A stretch of 64,000 nt of DNA from Zootoca vivipara (lineage: Eukaryota): NCBI RefSeq assembly GCF_963506605.1, contig NC_083276.1, positions 43,276,001 through 43,340,000 on the forward strand, given 5' to 3'. Of the stretch, positions 40,001 through 51,300 are shown one piece after another. The first letter of the stretch is position 1, and every line of letters begins with the position of its first letter. The notes under the pieces were generated by a model. The model was not told the DNA's origin. It worked only from the letters and a program-made list of their open reading frames with translations, and ran no database searches. The translations under genes were made by a program, and so were the position numbers.

Positions 40001-43000
40001 GGGAATTATAGTCCAAAACATCTGGAGGGACGAAGTTTGGGGATGCCTGATTTAGTGCCTTCCTTGATGTCATTTTTGTGCCAGGCAAAGACCACTTTTA
40101 TTTTCCCATGTGTTGTTTAGTCGTTTAGTCGTGTCCGACTCTTCGTGACCCCATGGACCATAGCACGCCAGGCACTCCTGTCTTCCACTGCCTCCCGCAG
40201 TTTGGTCAAACTCATGTTGGTAGCTTCGAGAACACTGTCCAACCATCTTGTCCTCTGACGTCCTCTTCTCCTAGTGCCCTCAATCTTTCCCAACATCAGG
40301 GTCTTTTCCAAGGATTCTTCTCTTCTCATGAGGTGGCCAAAGTATTGGAGCCTCAGCTTCACGATCTGTCCTTCCAGGGAGCACTCAGGGCTGATTTCTT
40401 TAAGAATGGATAGGTTTGATCTTCTAGCAGTCCATGGGACTCTCAAGAGTCTCCTCCAGCACCATAATTCAAAAGCATCAATTCTTCGGTGATCAGCCTT
40501 CTTTATGGTCCAGCTCTCACTTCCATACATCACTACTGGGAAAACCATAGCTTTAACTATACGGACCTTTGTCGGCAAGGTGATGTCTCTGCTTTTTATG
40601 ATGCTGTCTAGGTTTGTCATTGCTTTTCTCCCAAGAAGCAGGCGTCTTTTAATTTCGTGACTGCTGTCACCATCTGCAGTGATCAAGGAGCCCAAGAAGG
40701 TAAAATCTCTCACTGCCTCCATTTCTTCCCCTTCTATTTGCCAGGAGGTGATGGGACCAGTGGCCATGATCTTGGTTTTTTTGATGTTGAGCTTCAGACC
40801 ATAATTTGCGCTCTCCTCTTTCACCCTCATTAAAAGGTTCTTTAATTCCTCCTCGCTTTCTGCCATCAAGGTTGTGTCATCTGCATATCTGAGGTTGTTG
40901 ATATTTCTTCCGGCAATCTTAATTCCGGCTTGGGATTCATCTAGTCCAGCCTTTCGCATGATGAATTCTGCATATAAGTTAAATAAGCAGGGAGACAATA
41001 TACAACCTTGTCGTACTCCTTTCCCAATTTTGAACCACTCAGTTGTTCCATATCCAGTTCTAACTGTAGCTTCTTGTCCCACATAGAGATTTCTCAGGAG
41101 ACAGATGAGGTGATTAGGCACTCCCATTTCTTTAAGAACTTGCCATAGTTTGCTGTGGTCGACACAGTCAAAGGCTTTTGCATAGTCAATGAAGCAGAAG
41201 TAGACGTTTTTCTGGAACTCTCTAGCTTTCTCCATAATCCAGCGCATGTTTGCTATTTGGTCTCTGGTTCCTCTGCCCTTTTGAAATCCAGCTTGCACTT
41301 CTGGGAGTTCTCGGTCCACATACTGCCTAAGCCTGCCTTGTAGAATTTTAAGCATAACCTTACTAGCGTGTGAAATGAGCGCAATTGTGCGGTAGTTGGA
41401 GCATTCTTTGGCACTGCCCTTCTTTGGAATTGGGATGTAGACTGATCTTCTCCAATCCTCTGGCCATTGCTGAGTTTTCCAAACTTGCTGGCATATTGGG
41501 TGTAGCACCTTAACAGCATCATCTTTTAAAATTTTAAATAGTTCAGCTGGAATATCATCACTTCCACTGGCCTTGTTATTAGCAGTGCTTTCTAAGGCCC
41601 ATTTGACTTCACTCTCCAAGATGTCTGGCTCAAGGTCAGCAACCACACTACCTGAGGTGTACGAAACCTCCATGTCTTTCTGGTATAATTCCTCTGTGTA
41701 TTCTTGCCACCTCTTCTTGATGTCTTCTGCTTCTGTTAGGTCCTTACCACTTTTGTCCTTGATTATGGTAATCTTTGTACGAAATGTTCCTTTCATATCT
41801 CCAATTTTCTTGAACAGATCTCTGGTTTTCCCCATTCTATTGTTTTCCTCTATTTCTTTGCATTGCTCATTTAAGAAGACCCTCTTGTCTCTCCTTGCTG
41901 TTTTTTGGAAATCTGCATTCAGTTTCCTGTATCTTTCCCTATCTCCGTTGCATTTTGCTTGCCTCCTCTCCTCCGCTATTTGTAAGGCCTCGTTGGACAG
42001 CCATTTTGCTTTCTTGCATTTCCTTTTCCTTGGGATGGTTTTCGTTGCTGCCTCCTGTATAATGTTACGAGCCTCCATCCATAGTTCTTCAGGCACTCTG
42101 TCCACCAAATCTAAATCCTTAAACCTGTTCCTCACTTCCACTGTGTATTCATAAGGGATTTGATTCAGATTGTATCTTACTGGCCCAGTGGTTTTTCCTA
42201 CTTTCTTCAGTTTAAGCTGGAATTTTGCTATAAGAAGCTGATGATCTGAGTTACAGTCAGCTCCAGGTCTTGTTTTTGCTGATTGTATAGAGCTTCTCCA
42301 TCTTTGGCTGCAGAGAATATAATCAATCTGATTTCGATGCTGCCCATTTGGTGATATCCATGTGTAGAGTCGTCTCTTGTGTTGTTGGAAGAGAGTGTTT
42401 GTGATGACCAGCTTGTTCTCTTGACAGAACTCTATTAGCCTTTGCCCTGCTTCATTTTGAACTCCAAGGCCAAACTTGCCAGTTGTTCCTTTTATCTCTT
42501 GATTCCCTACTTTAGCATTCCAATCCCCTGTAATGAGAAGAACATCCTTCTTTGGTGTCATTTCTAGAAGGTGTTGTAGGTCTTCATAGAATTGGTCAAT
42601 TTCACTTTCTTCAGCACCGGTAGTTGGTGCATAAACTTGGATTACTGTGATGTTAAAAGGTCTGCCTTGGATTCGTATCGAGATCATTCTGTCATTTTTG
42701 AGATTGCATCCCATTACAGCTTTTGCCACTCTTTTGTTGACTATGAGGGCCACTCCATTTCTACTACGGGATTCTTGCCCACAGTAGTAGATACGATAGT
42801 CACCCGAACTGAATTCGCCCATTCCCTTCCATTTTAGTTCACTGATGCCCAGGATGTCTATATTTATTCTTGTCATCTCATTTTTGACCACATCCAGCTT
42901 ACCTCCACTCATGGTTCTTACATTCCAGGTTCCTATGCAATATTTTTCTTTACAGCATCAGACTTTCCTTTCGCTTCCAGGCATATCCGCAACTGAGCGT

Positions 43001-45355
43001 CCTTTCGGCTTTGGCCCAGCCGCTTCATCAGCTCTGAATCTACTTGTACTTGTCCTCCGCTCTTCCTCAGTAGCATGTTGGACGCCTTCCGACCTGAGGG
43101 GCTCATCTTCCAGCGTCATAACTTTTATATGCCTGTTGTCTTTGTCCATGGAGTTTTCTTGGCAGGGATACTGGAGTGGCTTGCCAGTTCCTTCTCCAGG
43201 TGGATCATGTTTAGTCAAAACTCTCCACTATGACCTGTCCATCTTGGGTGGCCCTGCATGGCATAGCTCATAGCTTCTCTGAGTTATTCAAGCCCCTTCG
43301 CCACGACAAGGCATTGATCCATTTTTCCCATAAAAAAATAATAATCTCTCTATATTGCTTTTATGCTGCTGTTGTCTTTTTTATTTTGGTAGATTGCTTT
43401 TATACTGCTTTTTTAGATTATGCTCATTTAATATTCCTGTTTTGATGTTTTTTAAAAAAATATTTACGTTATCCTGTGGAACTTTTCAAAGGTTAAACGT
43501 AGTACAAAAAGAGCAGTTGCTACTTTTCAACCTTGGCTAAACCACCCACCCGCAAATTACAAACGTTTGTTGGGAAACAAAAACAGAGTGTTTCAGAAAC
43601 GATTATCAACCAGGTTAATTATAACCCTTCAAGCTTATTTCACCCAGGTGTACTGTTTATACTTTTCTGATTGGCTTATTTAGTCATTTGAAAAAACATC
43701 CCTGAAATTATCGTATCATTTCTTCATTGACATCTTACAAAGGATTTGTCATAATGATTAAGCACAAGTTGGCCACAATGGTTTCACCACTTGCAAAATC
43801 CATCTTAAGTCTGCTACATTCCTAAATTGTCAGCTTGCTAAAGCTAACAAAACTAATTCACTTCTTGATATTACACCTAATCCTCTTTATGAAGGCTTAT
43901 CAGAGCTTGGTACGTAGTTGTTTCCATCCCAATATTTTGGTGTAACAAAACTTTGTTAAGCGTGGTGCATTTTAAAATATAATTTACCAGGACATAATTT
44001 TAATAAATTAAAAAAATTAAAAAGTAGTCTAGTAGCACCTTAGAGACCAACTAAGTTTGTTCTAGGCATGAGCTTTCGTGTGCATGCACACCTCTCCAGA
44101 TACTCTGAAACAGAAGTCACCAGACGCTTATATATAGTGGGAGGGTGGGATGGGGTATTTCTCATTATACCTTACCAGGACATGTTCATAACTGGTCCCA
44201 TAGCCATCAGAACTGGCTACCTGCTTCTGCTGACTGATCCAGTCTTCCAGATCCTCATATTCCCTCAGAAAGTCATGCAATGTAAGAGTCTCCTCCAGCC
44301 TTTTGCCCCTTTTTGGAGAGAGAAATAGATAATAGCAGCAGTGCTGTCAAGGCAGGACTTTTGCAGCAGATGTCCAAGGCTCCACTCAACAGAATGAACA
44401 GTTGGGCTGGCTGATCACATTTTGAAATAAGTGAACCATCTAAAGGGGCTGGAGGGAAATCCTAAGACCATTAAATCCAGTGTCTAAAGTTACCTGGGAA
44501 CTATACAAAATGCAGTTGAGATACGTACGTTCCCCAAAGCCTGTTGGGGATCTTGCATAATAGCTAGAGAATGTACTAAATTCAGTTGAGATATAGACTT
44601 TCTCCTAGGCCTGTTGGATTGTGCATATTGACTGGGAAATGTGCACAATTCCCTCTTCATGGGTGTATTATTTATACATTCTCCATGAGGTCTGGTGAAT
44701 GTGTACAGTGGCCAGTTGTTGATATGCTCTTTAACCCCAACTTGCACTGCATATATATCAATATCATAGGTATACTTAAGGAAATTCATTCCTTTGAATT
44801 TTCAAGAGAACTGACTTGACCTGTATATCCAAGACTAACGTATGAATCACAATGCAATTATATTGGTAGTTCTTATATTGTACCTTTTTAAAATACTTTT
44901 TCTGTAAGCCACTTTGAGATACGTAGTGAAAAATGGGGTATAATTTCCTGAAATAAACAAACACTGCAACCTCTGTCCAACAAAGTCCTGTTAGCACAAG
45001 GACTTTCATTTGTACAGTGGGACTTTCACTCCCTACACACACACCCCACCAATATTTTTTGGGAGTTCTGTCTGGAACAATGCCTCTTTCTGGAGATTTG
45101 ATGGAGGAGGAGTACATCCGCTGCCTTCTAAGAGTGCTTGCTATTTGTCTCCACTTGGTAAATAAAACAAAACATTATAGGTTTCCAATACTCTCTCATT
45201 CACAGGAAACCAACTCTGAGTAGTACGAATGATTCAGGGATTGTCCAATGTTCTGAGAAGTAGGAAGTGTGCAACAATATATATATGCATTCATCAACAT
45301 TATATTGTGAACCACCCTGTGATCCTTAGATGAAGGGTGGTATAGAAATTTTAGA

Positions 45356-45399
<44 letters not shown>

Positions 45400-48300
45400 G
45401 CATGGTCGATAGCTAGGGCCAGCTCAATATATTTGTGGCCCATGATGAATTATGAGATGTCCCCCCATTTCTAGAAGCTGACTGGACTGCCAGCTGAATC
45501 TTACTTCAACACTTGGTGTCAATGGGATGACATCTTCCAGCATACCCGAAGTCAGCAGGCTAGTTTAGGCGTATCTGATAGGCCAGTGGCACACATAGCT
45601 CTGATCTCCAACAGAGGGCAACATCTGAGTTGGCAGGGCTTGGGAGAAATTACTGCCCCCCAGCACCTGCTGCCTGAGGCAATGGCTTCACTCGGCCTAA
45701 TGGTAGGGCCAGCCCTGCCTAAAGCCTCTTGAAGGGATCAGAAGCTTTGCTATTGATTTTCATGTGGTTTGGCAGAAGATCAAAGCCCAACAAAAGACCA
45801 TACAAAGAAACAGGGACTGCTATTTTCTTACCTTGCTATGGCCATATTTTGCAACTCCTGAATCTGTGATTGAACTTGTTCCTGAGGTGTGTCAACTTCA
45901 TCATAGTGGATGGAGCCAGAGAGGGGCAGCGTTTTGGCAGTTTCGCCTAGTTCCATTACTAAATTCTGATAGATGTCGATTTCATGCTCCAGGGCCTGAC
46001 AGAAAGCAAAGTTCTAGCTGAAGTAAGAACTTAGGCGAGGCCAAACATACGAAGTTGAGAAGCGACAGCTAGGTGCCAATGTGAGGCTAAAACTTTTATT
46101 GATGCTATTACATCACACATGTTATATGTTATTTATTTATTTATTTATTTATTTATATATATACAGTTTATATTTGATTTGACAAGTGCTTCAACAAACA
46201 TCAAATAGATTGAGACTAAAACAAGGGTATTGAGGCCAGACATTTTCCAGCAGATTTATTCCTGGCAGAAGCAAACTGTCTGCGTATTTAATTTTTGCCA
46301 CCTTCAGGCAAACAGCAGGAGCCAATTAATATACCGAATATATGGATGACTCATTATTGGAAAGGCTAAGCTATTGCCAGAATAATTATAGCTGTTTTCC
46401 AACTAAGGAAAGGGCATTATCACTTCATGATTAAATCTTGCAGAACTGGTTCTGGGGGCAGAAATCTTACATATGGCAGTCCAGCAGGGCTCTAAAACAC
46501 AGGCCTGCAGCAAGGGTTCTCCTAGGACAAAGGGAGAGAGGGAGGGGGAGACTCTGGGGACCAGGGTACACATTGAAGGACCACATATAGTTGATTCACT
46601 GTGCTGGAATATTATATAACATACACCTGCTTTATGCATTTAGTGAAACTTCCCCCACCTTGTTCAAGACACAGCCATTTTAAGTTTAGCCTCCATAATG
46701 CGTGTGGCCATTGGACAGGCATCCTTAAGGGTAACCTCAGTCCAGGAAAGAAACTATTCAACCTCTCAATAATGCCTGCTACATTCATTGGGGCAGGGGT
46801 GGTGGGGGAAGAAGACTGTGCACAAAATTACCTTATGTTTCTTAATGAGTTTTTGAGTTGCAGCGCCATCTTTGCCACACTCTTTGCTGGTTACCAGTGG
46901 GAACTTCTCTGCTACCCAGCTCTCCAGGTCCAAGATATCTATTAAGTACTTTGTAATTTAAGATAAAATAAAATTAAATGGTTATTATTATTATTTTTCT
47001 CCTTAGGGAAACTTTTCCTGCAAAATCCTATTGTTACATGTGAAAAAGCAATAAATTCCCTAGGCAAAATGAGAAGCTTGTTGAAATACGCAATATAGGG
47101 GGTTGGAATCTCCTTGCAAATCTGAAATCTCTCCTTTCATCCTGCATGTGTTGTTTTGGGGGTTCTGACAACCCTCTAGGGCAGGCATCCCCAAACTTCG
47201 GCACTCCAGATGTTTTGGACTACAATTCCCACCATCCCAAACCACTGGTCCTGTTGACTAGGGATCGTGGGAGTTGTAGGGCAAAACATCTGGAGGGCCA
47301 CAGTTTGGGGATGCCTGCTCTAGAGCAAATTTGAGGGAGGTACAGGAATGCTATGGGATGGGAAGAAGCAGGGAAATCCCTCTGGCACAACCCCTTTTTC
47401 TCCATTCCAGATTGTAACTAAGCCTAAGAATATGCAATTGTAATCACACCGATTCTGTTCTGTTTACCCCTGCCTCCACTTTGCTTTTCCGTCACTGTCT
47501 CCCTTTTGTTAATTTTTTTTTAGATTGTAAGCTCATTTGAACAGGAATATGTCCTCTTGAACTTTATAAAGACAACAGTGGTAACCCCACATTTGCGAAC
47601 TGTTACTCAGTTGCAGCATACTCACAGAGTTCATTCAAATCCTATAGACATTTGGGCACCTTGTGCACTTAAAGTACGTGGCTTGCAAACCGAGTGAAAT
47701 CAATATATAGTGAAATATACCTGATGGAAGGCAACAGATTGCTGTAGCTGCTTGATTCTTTCCTCACATGCTTCCTCCAGCTCCTGCCAGCTTTTGCTCA
47801 GTTCCTGGCACTTTTCCTTTACTCTCTGAGATGGGACAGGCTTGCTATCTGTCATAGCTCTTCCCATCTCCAAAACCCTAGAGATCTGTTGCTTGTGCGC
47901 ATTCACTTCTACATGCAATTCCTAGTAGAAGAAAAACATGCAGAAATGCCATGGAAAGGTGAGAGGTAAAGGCTAAAAGTAGTAAAAAGAGACATTAATA
48001 ACAATTTAAAAGGTGTTTTGCATTTTTCAGAGCCACCAAGTTATTTTTGGAGTAAAACCCCCCAAAGTCTAAAAAGGTCAAATACTATTTTAAAAATAAG
48101 AATGTAGGTGTTGATCATCCAAATGAAATTCAAATGAAATCCAAATGAAATTTTTGGAAGGGGAATCTCCTTGCAAATTAATTTTGGAAAAGGAACTTAT
48201 TGTAGGGAGATATGGAAGGGAAAAACACACACATTTTGTAGGCTTGGAGTAATGTTATGGGAGTGCAGAAGGGAAATAAATTTGTAAACAGAAATATCTT

Positions 48301-51300
48301 TTCAGTATGTGTGGGAAAGAGGTGTGAAAATAATTTGCCTTGTAAGATAAGAACACAAGAAAAGCTCTAGTGGATCAGACTGAAGCCCGATCTACTCTTG
48401 ACCTATCTACATTGACCAATTGGGGTATGGGAGCAATAGCACTTCCTTTCCGTTGATCCCCAGCATTGAGAACATATTGTCTCTGATCAGCTTTCTGACT
48501 AGTAGCCATTGATAACTAGAAATAGACAAGTAACATTTGGCAGGATAAATTATTCTGGAAAGCTGAATGCTTGGTGGATTAAAGTTACTACCCTATTTCT
48601 TAACTTGTAACAAAGAATCAGTGGTTTTCTATTTGCTACATTGGCTTTATCCAGCAAAAAATATATATCAGGGAATATGTTTTTTGGTTTCTGAAATTTT
48701 AGAGAGGGGTTGCCATTCTGCATTGCCTTTTTCAACCATATGTGGTTTTTTTAAAAAAAAATTGCTGTCATGTTGAAGCATAAACTTTTTAAAAACTCCC
48801 TGTCACTAGTAACACCAGAGCTAAGTTTAAACATGTGTCTCATGTTCTGAATATTGTCAAGCTGAGGTGTTTCATTCTGACACTAATTTTCCACAGAAGA
48901 AAGTAAAAACAGATTATTCATGTAACTTCTAAAATATGCTGGCAAGATCACCCAGTCAAGTAGGAAGGGGGGAAATATCCATTATTTCATTCTTTATCGT
49001 GTCCTCCCTCAAAGAGGGCACGTGTTGAGGTGCAACCTGGCAACCAAACCCTGTGTTGTGGGTGGGTACGATTGGATAGTCACAACACCCGATTGGTAGG
49101 TCCCTTGTTGCTGGGTTGAATCAGGCCAATGGGACACTAGCCAAACCGATCAAGGGACCTTTATATGCCCATGCATGGGGCTCAGAGCTTCCTCTTTTGG
49201 TCAGTGCATCAGAAAACCCACCCACCTCTCCCTACTTTTAGGGCTTGCGCGCTTGACCTTGCTATGCCGTCATGTGTTGTCTGTCGTTGGGACAGGGGCA
49301 CGGCAGGAATTTCCCCACTTGGCTGGTGCCTCTTGGGTTTCGCCTGCCGCGTAGCAAATCATCACAACTTGTAAGGTTGCGGATAGGCTCTGGTTCAGGT
49401 GATAGGGATGGGGATGGGGATGGGGGAGCGCTCTCACCATCCCTATGTGAAGGGTATTCTGTTAAAGGAATCCAGGGACTCTATGGTTTGGTCAACCCTG
49501 TGAGGGGGTTGTGCCTAAATAAAGTTGTGGCCTAAATTCTGCCAAAAACCAAACCAAGATTTGTGTCTTGTCTGAATTTATTTAAGGAGGGAGGTTTAAA
49601 GGTCTAAACACGCAAATTACATCGATATGGAAGAATTCTAGGGAAACTGAGTAATGTCCTCAACTTGGACCCCTATACCTGAAGGGCCACCATTTCCCCA
49701 TTTGAAGTTGCCTGGATCTTGAGGTTGTCATGTGAGGCCCTTCCCTACATGACAGATCCAGGGTGTGGTGATTGAGGCCTTTTCTGTATGGAATGTTGTC
49801 TCCAAGAAGGCCTTCCATGTGCGAACATAAGAACAGAGCAAGAGCCTGATGTATCAGGCCAATGGTCCATCTAGTCCAGCAATCTGTGCTCACAGTGGCC
49901 AACAAGATGCTTGTGGGAAGCCCACAAGCAGGACCCAATGCAATAGCACTCTCCTCCCCTGTGGTATACAGAAGCATTAGTGTCTCTGACTTTGGAGGCT
50001 GAGATAGCCATCATGGCTGGTACCAATTATCCTCCATTGATTTGTCCAATCCTCTTTTAAAGCCATCCAAGTGGGTGCCCATCACTGGCTCCTGGGGAAG
50101 CGAGTTCCATAGTTTAATGAATCATAGAATCATAAGAATTGGAAGAGACCACAAGGGCCATCCAGTCCAACCCCCTGCCAAGCAGGAAACACCATCAAAG
50201 CATTCCTGACATATGGCCGCCAAGCCTTCGCTTAAAGACCTCCAAAGAAGGAGACTCCACCACACTCCTTGGCAGCAAATTCCACTGCCAAACAGCTCTT
50301 ACTGTCAGGAAGTTTAGGTGGAATCTTCTTTCTTGTAGTTTGAATCCATGGCTCCATGTCCGCTTCTCTGGAGCAGCAGAAAACAACCTTTCTCCCTCCT
50401 CTATATGGCATCCTTTTATATATTTGAACATGGCTATCATATCACCCTTTAACCTTCTCTTCTCCAGGCTAAACATACCCAGCTCCCTAAGCCGTTCCTC
50501 ATAAGGCTTCGTTTCCAGGCCCTTTGACCATTTTGGTTGCCCTCCCCTGGACACGTTCCAGCTTTTCAGTATCCTTCTTGAACTGTGGTGCCCAGAACTG
50601 GACACAGTACTCCAGGTGAGGTCTGACCAGAGCAGAATACTGTACAGTGGTACTATTACTTCCCTTGGTCTAGATCAGGCATGTCAAACATGCGGCCCTC
50701 CAGATGTTTTGGCCTACAACTCCCATGATCCCTAGCTAGCAGGACCAGTGGTTGGGGAAGATGGGAAATGTAGTCCAAAACATCTGGAGGGCCGCAGGTT
50801 TGACATGCCTGGTCTAGATGCTATACTCCTATTGATGCAGCCCAGAATTGCATTGGCTTTTTTAGCTGCTGCATCACACTGTTGACTCATGTCAAGTTTG
50901 TGGTCTACCAAGACTCCTAGATCCTTTCACATGTAGGTGTCCCCCATCCTGTATTTGTGCCTTTCATTCCCCCCCCCCAAGTGCAGTACTTTACATTTCT
51001 CCCTGTTAAAATTAATCTTGTTTGCTTTGGCCCAGTTGTCTAATCTGTTAAGGTCATTTTGAATGATTCACTGAATGAAGAAGCACTCTCTTTTATATGA
51101 CCTGAATCTTCCAACATTCATCTTCACAGAATGTCCAAGAGTTCTAGTCTTAGAGAGCAATAACTTTATCATCATTTAGGTGCCAGGCATTTTAGATTTC
51201 TTGGGCATTTTGGAAGCACCAAATGTTTGGATGTTTTAATTGTATGCTTTTAAAATGCTATATATTTTCATTACTGCCTTTTGTTCCTGTTGTAAATTGT

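Larger units (their letters stand above)
49823..51160 (-). mobile_element. Older CR1-type LINE 3' remnant split by the younger CR1
   Basis: AACATAAGAA tail and GGTCCATCTAGTCCAGC motif at 49823-50120; degenerate continuation after 51070. Confidence 0.55.

Noticed and set aside
40153-43273. Several + strand ORFs over Bov-B
   Set aside because: Antisense shadows of the LINE ORF.
44066-44103. Additional hammerhead ribozyme
   Set aside because: Core mutated to CUGGAGAGG; the 25.1 kb copy lacks the CUGA core altogether.
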